Positions 44,931-54,905 of a stretch of DNA of 64,000 nucleotides are shown in pieces. Numbering within the stretch: the stretch's first letter is position 1; every line of letters starts with the position of its first letter. The stretch spans positions 314,699 through 378,698 of the forward strand of contig CAJQIG010000002.1 in the NCBI GenBank assembly GCA_905478415.1, given 5' to 3'. Source of the stretch: an uncultured Patescibacteria group bacterium (GTDB taxonomy: Bacteria; Patescibacteriota; Microgenomatia; UBA1400; PJMF01). Below the pieces are notes generated by a model that saw nothing but the letters and a program-made list of their open reading frames with translations, had not been told where the DNA came from and did no database searches. The position numbers and the translations under genes were made by a program.

Positions 44931-45284
44931 AACTGCAAAGACCAGGTAATGGCTGGCACGCTTGCGTGTCAGAGGAAAGTCCGGACAGCTGAACAGAGGG
45001 TGTTACACGAAATTTTTGGATTTCCAAAAGCCAAGTGTAAGATTTCACTTTGTGAAAGACAGTTAGAGCAACAGTGACGAGTCGGGTGGCGCCGAATGAA
45101 ACGACCAAGCTACTGGGTGTGCGTATACCAACTTTGGTATACGAGCGGCAATCCTCCCTGCTGCAACTGGCGAACTTCACCGTATTGGATCTGTTCTCGA
45201 GTCTCTTCGTGAGACCGGTGATAAAGTCCCAGGCATAGATAGATCATTACCATATACAGAATCCGGCTTATGGTCTTTGCAGTT
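44931..45284 (+). ncRNA. rnpB: RNase P RNA (bacterial type A-like)
   Basis: Conserved CAGAGGAAAGUCCGGAC (P4 5' strand) and ACAGAAUCCGGCUUAUGGUC (P4 3' strand). P1 pairing AACUGCAAAGACCA / UGGUCUUUGCAGUU. Followed by a hairpin and T7 at about 45312-45352. Confidence 0.8.
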
Positions 45285-45374
45285 ACAAAAAAATGCGCAA
45301 GAAGGCTTGGTAGTGTACAATGAGTAGAACACCAGTTTTTTTACATCATTGGTGAAGCTAGTCTGAAAGGAAGT

Positions 45375-46058
45375 ATGTATCAATCATTTATAACTTCGGT
45401 CCAACTGTTTGCATCTGAGACGCTGGTGTCTCTAGCAGACTATATTCCCTCAATTTTAGGTGCATTGTTGCTGTTAATTGTCGGTTCCTTTTTTGCAAAT
45501 GCGCTTCGTGGCATAGTGGTGAAACTGTTTGAATCCCTGCATGTTTCGAAAGCAGTCAAGAATACTCCAATCGAACACTTTCTCCAAAATGCTGAGATTA
45601 AACCAAAGCTAGAAGTGCTGGTTGGTAGTGTAGTGTATTGGTTGGTCATGTTAGTTATCTTGCAGTCTGTTGTTGCAATTTTAGGACTGACTTCTTTGTC
45701 TGTGTTACTGGCCACCGTTTTATCATATATACCTCGAGTAATTGCAGCAGTGGTAGTTCTCTTCTTTGGAGTCTTATTAGCAGGCTTAGTTGAGTCTGTC
45801 ATTAAAGGCGCGCTCAAGACAATTGATTCTGGTACTTCTCGATTATTTAGTAAGGTTGCAAGCTATTTAGTGGTCACTGTTACCGTGATGGCTTCTATCT
45901 CCGAACTAGGGATCGCTAACGAATTTATCCTGATTTTATTTGTCGGGTTTGTTATTGCGCTCTCTCTTGGATTTGGATTAGCATTAGGACTTGGAGGACA
46001 GGATCTTGTTAAAGATCTTCTGAAGGAATGGTACAAAAAAACTAAAAAAGGCGAGTAA
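45375..46058 (+). CDS. hypothetical membrane protein (TM-helix repeat)
   Basis: 227 aa with multiple TM segments and RBS AGGAAG. Confidence 0.4.
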   Translation: MYQSFITSVQLFASETLVSLADYIPSILGALLLLIVGSFFANALRGIVVKLFESLHVSKAVKNTPIEHFLQNAEIKPKLEVLVGSVVYWLVMLVILQSVVAILGLTSLSVLLATVLSYIPRVIAAVVVLFFGVLLAGLVESVIKGALKTIDSGTSRLFSKVASYLVVTVTVMASISELGIANEFILILFVGFVIALSLGFGLALGLGGQDLVKDLLKEWYKKTKKGE

Positions 46059-46064
46059 TAGTCC

Positions 46065-46847
46065 ATGACTTTGTTCCAAGCACTTTTTCTGGGTTTAACT
46101 CAGGGATTGACTGAGTTTCTTCCGGTTTCAAGTTCTGGTCACCTAGCTTTGTCTCAGTATTTCTTTGGCATAACTGAGAGTTCACTTTCGTTTGATGTGT
46201 TTTTACATTTTTCTACGCTCTTGGCTGTAGTACTTTTCTTTTGGAAGCGAATAGTTGCTTTGAAGGTTAAAGACCTATGGCTTATTGCAATGAGTGCCAT
46301 TCCAGCAGCTGTAATTGGATTAGTAGCCAAAGAAAGTATCGAGAGCTTTTTCTCTTCTCTGCCACTTGTTCTTGTAACTCTCTTTGTAACAGGTCTGATT
46401 AATTTGAGTGTGGCTTCTGTATTAAAGAAGCGTGAAACGTTAGCAGACGCGACCGAAGCATTGACTCCGAAAAAATCATTTTTTGTGGGCTTATTTCAAG
46501 CAGTTGCTTTATTACCAGGTATTTCTCGATCTGGGTCAACAGTATTTGGTGGAGTCTTAGCTAAACTGCCTCGTCGTGAAGCTTTTGAGTTTTCTTTTTT
46601 GATGAGCATTCCAATTATTTTTGGAGGCAGTATGTTACAGCTCTTTGATGTGTATCAAGCTGATCAACTTGCTACTATTGATTTGGGTTTGTTTCTAACA
46701 GGTGGTGTAGCTGCATTTTTGGCAGGTATTATTAGTTTACAAGTTTTCAAATACGTAATCGAAAAGGCAAAACTTGAGTGGTTTGGGTGGTACTGTATTT
46801 CACTTGTAGTTTTTGTAGTGCTTTTTGAAATGGTTCCACGCTTGTAA
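46065..46847 (+). CDS. uppP: undecaprenyl-diphosphate phosphatase
   Basis: N-terminal GLTEFLPVSSSGHL signature. Confidence 0.9.
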   Translation: MTLFQALFLGLTQGLTEFLPVSSSGHLALSQYFFGITESSLSFDVFLHFSTLLAVVLFFWKRIVALKVKDLWLIAMSAIPAAVIGLVAKESIESFFSSLPLVLVTLFVTGLINLSVASVLKKRETLADATEALTPKKSFFVGLFQAVALLPGISRSGSTVFGGVLAKLPRREAFEFSFLMSIPIIFGGSMLQLFDVYQADQLATIDLGLFLTGGVAAFLAGIISLQVFKYVIEKAKLEWFGWYCISLVVFVVLFEMVPRL

Positions 46848-46858
46848 CATTGTCTCAC

Positions 46859-47476
46859 CTATTTTTTTCCAAAATGAGCAACTACAATACATTTGTAGTT
46901 GGGGTCTTCGACGCTGTCACAATCAATAGCTAAGCCTATATCTGTATAGACAGAATCAAGCATTTGTTTATTATGTGTTTCGCTTTTAAGCCATGCCTGG
47001 AAAATGTCCCACTCACTGCCAATATTGAACGCTAAATTTTCACCTGCTTTTTGATATTGATAGCCTGCCACTTGGATGAAGTGCCAAGTTGATTGTTGGT
47101 CGGGATCTTCGTGTCGGAAGTACTCTTTTTCAATCATGTCCGAAAGTTTCAGTTGAGCTGATGCTTCCAACTGTGCATTTGGTTGTAATTTTGGCAGATT
47201 GAAATTTTCTCGGTGGGCATTGATGAGCAAGTAAAGTTTTGATGCCGAGAGTGAGTACTGAGTTTTTCCAAGCACTTGTGCTGTTTCTGCTGATGCCTCA
47301 GGGCTTGAAAGAGGCTCTACTGCAATTTCTGTGGAAGTATCCATTGGACGAGCTACAGTCTCCTTTTGCTGAGTTGTGGCAGCTGTGTAGATAAAGAAAA
47401 ATGAAGTTACCAACAGTACCGAGAAGATAACAGTAAAGAACAGTAATATTGGTTTAGCCCATACAGGAATCTTCAT
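46859..47476 (-). CDS. secreted CAP/SCP (PR-1-like, YkwD-like) domain protein
   Basis: TM/signal segment then LINAHRENFNLP..., GENLAFN, WLKSETHNKQML and VVAHFG-type CAP motifs. ATG 47476 is 7 nt after the comM stop. Confidence 0.55.
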   Translation of the reverse strand: MKIPVWAKPILLFFTVIFSVLLVTSFFFIYTAATTQQKETVARPMDTSTEIAVEPLSSPEASAETAQVLGKTQYSLSASKLYLLINAHRENFNLPKLQPNAQLEASAQLKLSDMIEKEYFRHEDPDQQSTWHFIQVAGYQYQKAGENLAFNIGSEWDIFQAWLKSETHNKQMLDSVYTDIGLAIDCDSVEDPNYKCIVVAHFGKK

Positions 47477-47483
47477 TGTGTTG

Positions 47484-48872
47484 CTATTGTATGCGAAACT
47501 GTAGTGCTTCCGCAATGTGGTCTGCCAAAATACTCTTTTTCCCATCGAGGAGAGCAATTGTTTGGGCCACTTTTTTACAGTTATGATATCTTCTAGCTGA
47601 AAGATAGAGTTTACTATTTGCTTTATAGAGGAGTTTTGAGGCTGCATCGCTCAGTGGCAGGAAAAGCTGTGAAGTGGGTGCTGTTTTTTTATGTTGGGTG
47701 AGTTGTGCTGAGGTGCGAGCCACGTCTTTCTTGAGTTGATCGAGAGTTGCTTCAGAAAAATTTTGATGAGTGTTTTGAAGTTCCTCAGGAGAAAGAGCGG
47801 GCACATACACCTGAAGCGAAAAGCGATCCTTTAATGGGCCATCAATTTTTTTTGAGTATAGGTTGAGTTGGTGGCGAGTGCAGGTGCAGGTTTTTTTTGT
47901 GGAGTTTTTAAAACCACACTGGCAGGGGTTCATGGCTGCAAGTAGAGTGAAGTCACACGGAGCTGGTTTTGAGGCTGTAAGAGAAAGAATCGTAGCTTCC
48001 ATTGGTTGTCGAAGGGCCACAAGGTTTTTTTTTGAAAATTCGGGCAGTTCATCTAAAAATAAGATACCACTGTGTGCTAGTGAGAGTTCTCCTGGTTGTG
48101 AGGACCTCTCTGTTCCAATGAGGGTTGTTTGAGAACAACTCTGGTGTGGAGCACGAAATGGCGCGGTTGGGGGAAGTAATTCCTTTGCTGCCTGTGCAAG
48201 CATAGTTTTTCCATTTCCCGGTGGCCCAATCATCAACAGGTGATGTTTGCCAGCCACGGCAATGCTCAGGGCACGCTTGGCGATGGCTTGACCTTTAACT
48301 GTAGTAAAGCTGGGGGAGTTTTTCTGATTTTTCTGATCTGAAGGGGTAAATGTGGGTAGCGGTGTTTGGGACCGACAATGTTGCATATAGTTGGCAACTG
48401 ATTCGAGTGGATGTAAGGTGACGCCTTGTATTTGGCTCAATTCTACATAGTTTTCTTGGGGGATGACAAAGTTAGTATAGCCTTGAGTTTGGGCAAATAA
48501 AATGAGTTTTGAAGCATTGGCTATTTTTTTTAGTGATCCGTCGAGAGACAGCTCTCCTAGATAGATGGTTTTGTTGTTTTCTTCTAGCGCAACTCCCAGT
48601 AACTTGAGAAGTCCAACGGCGATTGCAAATTCGAGGGTACTGCCGCTTTTTTTCAATTCTGCAGGTGCTAAGTTAATTACCACTCGCTTATGTGGCAATC
48701 GAATGCCAGCTTGCGTGAGTACGGTGGTAATTCTTTCTCGAGACTCACTCACTGTTTTGGAAGCCAGTCCGATGATCACAAACTTTGGTAGGCCGCCACT
48801 GGCGGTAATTTCTACATCGGTGATGTGGAGGGTTTGACCCGTGGTGCTGACACTGTGGGTTCGAGAAAACAT
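47484..48872 (-). CDS. comM: YifB/ComM family Mg-chelatase-like AAA+ ATPase
   Basis: Lon-like N-domain, then AAA+ (GPPGNGKTMLA), then a C-terminal ChlI domain. Confidence 0.85.
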   Translation of the reverse strand: MFSRTHSVSTTGQTLHITDVEITASGGLPKFVIIGLASKTVSESRERITTVLTQAGIRLPHKRVVINLAPAELKKSGSTLEFAIAVGLLKLLGVALEENNKTIYLGELSLDGSLKKIANASKLILFAQTQGYTNFVIPQENYVELSQIQGVTLHPLESVANYMQHCRSQTPLPTFTPSDQKNQKNSPSFTTVKGQAIAKRALSIAVAGKHHLLMIGPPGNGKTMLAQAAKELLPPTAPFRAPHQSCSQTTLIGTERSSQPGELSLAHSGILFLDELPEFSKKNLVALRQPMEATILSLTASKPAPCDFTLLAAMNPCQCGFKNSTKKTCTCTRHQLNLYSKKIDGPLKDRFSLQVYVPALSPEELQNTHQNFSEATLDQLKKDVARTSAQLTQHKKTAPTSQLFLPLSDAASKLLYKANSKLYLSARRYHNCKKVAQTIALLDGKKSILADHIAEALQFRIQ

Positions 48873-48925
48873 GGTTTTAGTATAGAGAAGCATTCTGACA
48901 AGAAGCGTGTAAGCAAGCTTAGATC

Positions 48926-48953
48926 TTGAAATTATAGGTCTAAATGATATAAT
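48926..48953 (+). promoter_or_regulatory. sigma70-like promoter TTGAAA-16-TATAAT
   Basis: Seen directly. It precedes RBS GAGGAG and ATG 49053. Confidence 0.45.
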
Positions 48954-49052
48954 CTAACCTAGAATTTCGCAGCTTATCTATTTTTTTGCAGATGTAGCGT
49001 GCGAAGTTCTCGTACGTTAACACTGCATATATTTTTTGAGGAGAAACACCAA

Positions 49053-49493
49053 ATGACGTTTTTTCTAAAGTATTGGCCCAAAGTTGGGGCCGCAATTACT
49101 GGCACACTGATCATTGGTGCAGCCTTGTTTTTATTGGCTGTGATCGGTCATGTATCTTTGATCCCTGTAACATTCGTGAGCTCTTTGCCAATGGCAAAGG
49201 TGCTGACACTGTTGATTGCAGGCGCAATTGTGTATCTGTTTTTCATTGTTTTTGAGAAAGTCTTTATGGCTATTGGTTGTGGAGGTGATCTAGTTGCTTT
49301 AGTGGGTTTCCCGATTTCTATTTTAGGGTTGGGATATTTAGCACCAGGATTTTTATTTACTTTCACAGCACATTGGCTTTGGCAGGTTCTTTGGAGCATT
49401 TTGATTGCCAGTGCGGTTCATTACTCGGCTGCCATGTGGCGGCCGAAGGTGAAGATTGTAATTACTCGCACCCAAACATTTCAAAAAAAATAA
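49053..49493 (+). CDS. hypothetical membrane protein
   Basis: 146 aa, four TM segments. Confidence 0.4.
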   Translation: MTFFLKYWPKVGAAITGTLIIGAALFLLAVIGHVSLIPVTFVSSLPMAKVLTLLIAGAIVYLFFIVFEKVFMAIGCGGDLVALVGFPISILGLGYLAPGFLFTFTAHWLWQVLWSILIASAVHYSAAMWRPKVKIVITRTQTFQKK

Positions 49494-49505
49494 TATGCAG
49501 TGAGA

Positions 49506-49533
49506 AAGGGCGGCCTGAGGCCGCTCTTTTTGC
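49506..49533 (+). terminator. rho-independent terminator (+)
   Basis: GGGCGGCC-TGA-GGCCGCTC followed by T5. Confidence 0.6.
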
Positions 49534-49544
49534 TTTAAACAAGA

Positions 49545-49575
49545 AAAAGACCAGGTCTAAAACCTGGTCTTCATT
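49545..49575. terminator. hairpin AGACCAGGT-CTAAA-ACCTGGTCT between convergent genes
   Basis: Perfect 9-bp stem, A/T flanks. Confidence 0.4.
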
Positions 49576-49585
49576 AAATGAACAG

Positions 49586-49622
49586 TTCAGAAAATAAAAG
49601 GCGGCTCTCAGAGCCGCCTTTC
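49586..49622 (-). terminator. rho-independent terminator for gap (-)
   Basis: AAGGCGGCTC-TGA-GAGCCGCCTT then TTTTATTTT on the minus strand. Confidence 0.65.
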
Positions 49623-49644
49623 TAATTAAAAAAATGTACTTTTT

Positions 49645-50688
49645 TTATCCTACCTTTGCCACCTGCTCAATCAGGCGATTACAGTAGCCCCATTCGTTAT
49701 CGTACCAGCTAATTACTTTGAGTAAATTGCCTCCGACAACATTAGTGAGTGAAAGGTCTACAATCGAGGATTCACTTCGTCCCACAATATCTGAAGAAAC
49801 TAAATCTTCGTGAGAAGCAGCTAAGATTCCTTGCCATTCTGGCTTCTGAGCTTCTTCCTCAAACATTGCATTGACCTCTTCGGGTGTGACATCTCGTTTG
49901 GTGACCATGACGATATCAGAAAGTGAGCCAACTGGAGTTGGTACACGAACGGCTAGCCCGTCGAAGGAGCCTCTAATTTCCGGAATGATTTCAGTTGTAG
50001 CGATCGCGGCTCCTGTGCTGGTTGGAATGATGTTCTCGGCTGCACTGCGAGCACGTCGCATGTCTCGGTGTGAGTTATCCTGCGTATTTTGATCATCAGT
50101 GTAGGAATGGATGGTGGTGAGGAACGCTTTTTCGATTCCATAGTGCTGAGAGATCAACTTAATAACCGGTGCCACGCAGTTGGTTGTACAAGATGCATTT
50201 GAAAAGACATGTGTTTTTTTCTCAAAGTTGTTAACACCCATCACACTAGTGCTGACCTGTCCACCTTTTGAAGGTGCACTGATAATGACATTTTTTGCAC
50301 CGCCCTCAAAGTGTTGAGCTGCTTTTTCTTCGGTTGTGAAAACACCAGTACTGTCGATTACTACATCCACACCATACTTGCCCCAAGGAATAAGTTTTGG
50401 ATCACGTTGGGCAGTGACGACAATGCGGCGGTCACCAATTTTGATGTTGCCAAGGACTGGATTACTGTTAGAAACATCAGCTTTAGACTGCTCTCTTTCG
50501 ATAGTAATTTCTTCGCCAAAGACACCATAGTTAGAATCATACTTTAGGAGGTGCACCCATTGTTCGATATCCATCGATCCAGAAGTATTGATCAACGTCA
50601 GCTGGCTCTCTTCGCGATGATTTTTCCACCAAACTCTGAGGCTGGTTCTACCAATTCTGCCGAAGCCATTAATACCAAATGTTTTCAT
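49645..50688 (-). CDS. gap: glyceraldehyde-3-phosphate dehydrogenase
   Basis: GINGFGRIGR and the active site SNASCTTNCVAP. RBS AAAGGAAC. Confidence 0.9.
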   Translation of the reverse strand: MKTFGINGFGRIGRTSLRVWWKNHREESQLTLINTSGSMDIEQWVHLLKYDSNYGVFGEEITIEREQSKADVSNSNPVLGNIKIGDRRIVVTAQRDPKLIPWGKYGVDVVIDSTGVFTTEEKAAQHFEGGAKNVIISAPSKGGQVSTSVMGVNNFEKKTHVFSNASCTTNCVAPVIKLISQHYGIEKAFLTTIHSYTDDQNTQDNSHRDMRRARSAAENIIPTSTGAAIATTEIIPEIRGSFDGLAVRVPTPVGSLSDIVMVTKRDVTPEEVNAMFEEEAQKPEWQGILAASHEDLVSSDIVGRSESSIVDLSLTNVVGGNLLKVISWYDNEWGYCNRLIEQVAKVG

Positions 50689-50906
50689 AGGTTCCTTTCG
50701 TGTCACCGTATGCATATCAGTGCGACACCATAGTCAGTATAACGCACCTTTTTTCTTCAGAGAAGGGAAAGAACTATAAAAACTACTATTTGCAATTAGC
50801 AGAGGGACTATTAGAGTGATAAAAAGAGCCGGATGCTGTTTTTTACGCTGCACCCGGCTAAATTGATTCTCTTATATACTATTTGAGTATCTTTGATATG
50901 TTTTGA

Positions 50907-51647
50907 CTATGCCATTTCTGTACTGACTTCGTTAGAAACGTAGGTGCCAATGTCTTCACCTTCGACCGCATTGATGAGGTTATCACCATTGAAGAGTTCG
51001 AAGACCATGACTGGCATATTGTTATCTTTCGACATGGCTAGAGCGGCAGTATCCATAACTTGCACACCATCCATCTCGATTGCATCTTTGAAACTAATTG
51101 TTTTATAGCGTTTGGCGTCGTCGTGTTGAGCTGGGTCTTTGTCATAGATACCATCAACTTTGGTAGCTTTCATGAGCACATCACACTTGAGTTCGAGTGC
51201 ATGGAGTGATGCTCCAGTATCGGTGGTGACGTAAGGAACACCTGTTCCAGCTCCGAGGATAACGACTCTGCCCTTTTCCATGTGGCGGATAGCTTTTCGG
51301 CGAACGAAACTTTCGGCAACGGCCGGCATTTGGAGTGCAGATTGCAGACGAGTGGGAACGCCGACTTTTTCGAGTGCGTCCTGAAGGGCAAGGCCGTTCA
51401 TAACGGTGGCCATCATGCCCATGTAGTCAGCGGTGGCTCGATCGATACCATTTTTTGATCCTGCAATTCCGCGGAAGATGTTGCCTCCGCCGATCACAAC
51501 AGCGATCTCAATATGACGAGTATAAATTTCTTTGATTTTTTCTGCGACGGCGAGTGCCGATTGTGGATCGATTCCATACGGACGATCTCCAAGCATTGAT
51601 TCCCCTCCAACTTTGAGTAGAATTCGCTTAAAACGTGGTGATGCCAT
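50907..51647 (-). CDS. pyrH: uridylate kinase
   Basis: KRILLKVGGE and a UMPK pattern. RBS GGAGGAAAG. Confidence 0.85.
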   Translation of the reverse strand: MASPRFKRILLKVGGESMLGDRPYGIDPQSALAVAEKIKEIYTRHIEIAVVIGGGNIFRGIAGSKNGIDRATADYMGMMATVMNGLALQDALEKVGVPTRLQSALQMPAVAESFVRRKAIRHMEKGRVVILGAGTGVPYVTTDTGASLHALELKCDVLMKATKVDGIYDKDPAQHDDAKRYKTISFKDAIEMDGVQVMDTAALAMSKDNNMPVMVFELFNGDNLINAVEGEDIGTYVSNEVSTEMA

Positions 51648-51697
51648 ACTTTCCTCCTTTTTGTTAAAAAAAACCCAACACTGTGGCTGGGTATGCA

Positions 51698-52729
51698 TTA
51701 TATATGTAGTTTAGCCTTAAGTCTAAGCCACTTCCAGCGAAGTGTGTCTGCAAATTGAAATATTCCGTAGAGTTGTGGGTTGGTGACAAGATCGTAGGTT
51801 CCTAAAAATTCGACGAGGTTTCCTCCATATCCCTTTTTGAATTTGTGAAAGCCGTACCAAGAACTTTTCTTGTTTGGTTCAGGTCCTAAGCTTCCCCACA
51901 TATCAAAATGAGTACAGCCGTTGTCTTTGCCAAAACGAATCATTTCCCACATTAAGAGATTGCTTGCCATAACGTCACGATGTTCTCTGCGACTGGCGCC
52001 ATAGGGGTAGTACAGCACGCCATTGTGGATGAACATAATCCAAGAGACCAAGATGTTGCCTTGGTAGACGGCGTTAAAAATTCGCATCATACCCGTGTCG
52101 CCTAGTTTTGCGTACATATTTTTGAAATATGTTTCGTTATGTGCGTAAAATCCTTGACGAGATGTTGTTTCCTTGAGAATTTCGAGGTACTGTTCGAGTC
52201 CTTCTTGGCTGGTGTTTTCGAATATTTGGACACCTTTTTTGACAGCCAGATTGACGTTGTAGCGGGTTTTGCTTTTTAAGTTTTCGAATAATTTTTCTTC
52301 CGAAGGTTTGAGGTCAAGCAGGAAGGAATGTTTGGTAAAGAGTGCTCTGCCTGGTTGGGCGCCATTTTCGAGTAGAAATTTATGAATGTGAGAGTGAGCT
52401 GAAGGGGTACCAACTTTTTGAGCAATATTGGGTTCCATCTTGATAAAGAGCGCGTTGTTATTTTGAGCAAGTTCTTTGAGTGCAGAAATTTGGTTGCCAT
52501 CAGGCATATCTCCTTTTGGGAAGTAGCCAGCATTTTGACCAAGAACTGGAATTGGGTGAAAGGTAACTTGGAGGCCTTTTTTGATGGTGCCATTTTCAAA
52601 GAACCCAAGCCGCTCAACTTTGACGCCCGTTTCTTTGCGGAACTCACCCCACTCCCAGGTTTGGAGTGGATGGTTAACCACAGCGTTGTAGAGGTCTTTT
52701 TCTTCGGGGCGAATTTCTCGGATAATCAT
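51698..52729 (-). CDS. FemAB-family peptidoglycan bridge-forming aminoacyltransferase
   Basis: 343 aa, GNAT-like tandem pattern resembling FemX (weak motif-level evidence). Confidence 0.5.
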   Translation of the reverse strand: MIIREIRPEEKDLYNAVVNHPLQTWEWGEFRKETGVKVERLGFFENGTIKKGLQVTFHPIPVLGQNAGYFPKGDMPDGNQISALKELAQNNNALFIKMEPNIAQKVGTPSAHSHIHKFLLENGAQPGRALFTKHSFLLDLKPSEEKLFENLKSKTRYNVNLAVKKGVQIFENTSQEGLEQYLEILKETTSRQGFYAHNETYFKNMYAKLGDTGMMRIFNAVYQGNILVSWIMFIHNGVLYYPYGASRREHRDVMASNLLMWEMIRFGKDNGCTHFDMWGSLGPEPNKKSSWYGFHKFKKGYGGNLVEFLGTYDLVTNPQLYGIFQFADTLRWKWLRLKAKLHI

Positions 52730-52786
52730 GCTACCCGTTATTATATAAATAATAAGTAGAGATAGCTAGTGATGATCTGAAACTTT

Positions 52787-54751
52787 TTAGAAGTCGATAA
52801 GGGCATCGATATCAATTTCCCCACTCAGGACTCCTTCGACCATATCGTCATCGACGGGAACCACGCGACGTTTCTCGGTGTAGCCTGACTTTGAGTTTTG
52901 TTGCTGTGGTGAGTTCGAAGAATAATAGTTGGTTTTAGATTTGTAGCTGGTAGAGCCGCCACCAAAAAATTCCATCAGGGTTGGGGTGATGTCACTAATA
53001 AAGCGACTGCGGATGGCGCTGGTGGTGTTGCCATATTGAAAACGACTGCGGGCGTGAGTCAGATATAGTTTTTGTTTAGCTCGAGTGATACCAACATAAC
53101 AAAGGCGGCGCTCTTCTTCCATTTGTTCAGCGTCAAAAAGTGAGCGGGAATGTGGCAGTAGTCCATCTTCCATGCCGGCCATGCAGACAACTGAAAATTC
53201 AAGTCCTTTGGCAGCGTGGAGACTCATCAGATTGACGCTATTTTCTTCTTTAGCGATGGCATCCATCAGATAGTCATTTTGAATCAGGGCAACATTTTCT
53301 AAAAATTGATGTGGAGTTTCAAATTGCGTGGCTACATTTAAAAGTTCCTGAATATTTCCCAGCCGTTGCATGTTTTCTTCAGTTTCTTTTGCATACTTAG
53401 ATTGGTAGTCAGTCACTTCCAGAATTGTTTTGAGGAGTTCGGCTGCTGGTTGGGCAGTTAGTTCTTCTGGATTTTGTTTTTCGTTCCATTTAGTAAGTGT
53501 AGCCAGCCGACGTTTGCCCAGTTTCTCAGCGCGAGTTTTACTGACGCTGTCATTTTGATTGAGCACATATCTCAGATAGGCAATGATGTCTTTGACTTCA
53601 GTTCGTTCATAAAATTTTGTACCGCCGATAAGGCGATACGGAATGCCTGCATTAATAAGGGCTTCTTCAAACTCGCGAGACTGCGCATTGGTGCGATACA
53701 AAATTGCCATGTCTGTATACTCAATTTGTTTTTTTCGATTGTCTCTAATGTAGGAGACGACTGTTTTTGCCTCTTCTCTGCCCCCATCGGCTTCAAAGCA
53801 AGTAATCAATTCGCCAGCTTCTTTTTCTGTCCACAGTTTCAAAATAGGATGAGAAGTATTGAGAGAAATAACGTCTGTAGCAGCGTCTAAGATATTTTGT
53901 TTTGAACGATAATTTTGTTCGAGACGGTACTCAGTGATACCGCCGAAGTCTTTTTTCAGCTGCATCATGTTTTTATAGTTGGCACCGCGCCAAGCATAGA
54001 TACTTTGACTAAAGTCACCAACCACATAGATATTATTTTGTGGGGCGGCTAAAATTTTTGAAAGTTGGTATTGAACGGTATTGGTATCCTGGTACTCATC
54101 GATAAGAACGTGGAGGAAAAGCCGCTGATATTTTTCTCTGATAGTGGCGTTGTTTTGTAAAAGTTTGAGGGTTTTTAAAAGTAGGTCGTCAAAGTCAACT
54201 GCCTGGGCTTTAATCAGTTCGGCTTCATAAATAGTGTAGAGTTTGGCTACAAAAGTTTGGAAGGCTCCGGTTGCAAATTCGTGATACTCTTTGGGACTGA
54301 CAATTTCATTTTTGGCATTTGAGATTGCAGCAAGAGCTGCTTTTGGATTGAACTCGGCTTTATCAAAACCATGACTTTTATAAATATTTTTTACCAGTTG
54401 GTGTTGGTCATTGGCGTCATAGATAACAAAGTTGGGATCGAGACCGATGTAGTGGCCATCAATTCTGAGTATTTTGGCGCAGAGGCTGTGAAAGGTACCT
54501 GAATACGGTAGCCGACTACCCGTTGCTTGTTGGATTCGGTCTTTAATTTCACCAGCGGCTTTGTTAGTAAAAGTAACTACTAAAATTTGATGTGGTTGAA
54601 TGCCTTTTTCTTCGATTAACCAAGCCACACGTGTGGTGAGGACCGTGGTTTTTCCAGACCCTGCACCTGCCAAAACCATAGCGGGACCTTCTTTGTGGAG
54701 GACTGCTTGTTGTTGTTCTGGATTGAGGTGATCTATAAGCGTGCTAGACAT
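52787..54751 (-). CDS. pcrA: ATP-dependent DNA helicase PcrA/UvrD
   Basis: VLAGAGSGKTTVLT, TFTNKAAGEIKDRI, DEYQDTN, and a C-terminal UvrD pattern. Confidence 0.85.
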   Translation of the reverse strand: MSSTLIDHLNPEQQQAVLHKEGPAMVLAGAGSGKTTVLTTRVAWLIEEKGIQPHQILVVTFTNKAAGEIKDRIQQATGSRLPYSGTFHSLCAKILRIDGHYIGLDPNFVIYDANDQHQLVKNIYKSHGFDKAEFNPKAALAAISNAKNEIVSPKEYHEFATGAFQTFVAKLYTIYEAELIKAQAVDFDDLLLKTLKLLQNNATIREKYQRLFLHVLIDEYQDTNTVQYQLSKILAAPQNNIYVVGDFSQSIYAWRGANYKNMMQLKKDFGGITEYRLEQNYRSKQNILDAATDVISLNTSHPILKLWTEKEAGELITCFEADGGREEAKTVVSYIRDNRKKQIEYTDMAILYRTNAQSREFEEALINAGIPYRLIGGTKFYERTEVKDIIAYLRYVLNQNDSVSKTRAEKLGKRRLATLTKWNEKQNPEELTAQPAAELLKTILEVTDYQSKYAKETEENMQRLGNIQELLNVATQFETPHQFLENVALIQNDYLMDAIAKEENSVNLMSLHAAKGLEFSVVCMAGMEDGLLPHSRSLFDAEQMEEERRLCYVGITRAKQKLYLTHARSRFQYGNTTSAIRSRFISDITPTLMEFFGGGSTSYKSKTNYYSSNSPQQQNSKSGYTEKRRVVPVDDDMVEGVLSGEIDIDALIDF

Positions 54752-54905
54752 GACGAAACACATACTAGCATGAGTTGGAGGGATTGTTGAGGATGGGTTT
54801 TGATTAACAGTAATATAGTACAAAAAATAAAAAGAGAGGTCAGTGTAAAAAATAATTTCACTATTACTATTACCCAGCTCTTTTGCCTGGTATAATAAGT
54901 TTCTT

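Noticed and set aside
44929-45383. Two minus-strand ORFs (83 aa and 68 aa)
   Set aside because: They overlap the RNase P RNA gene. The sequence conservation here is RNA-level (P4 motifs on the + strand).
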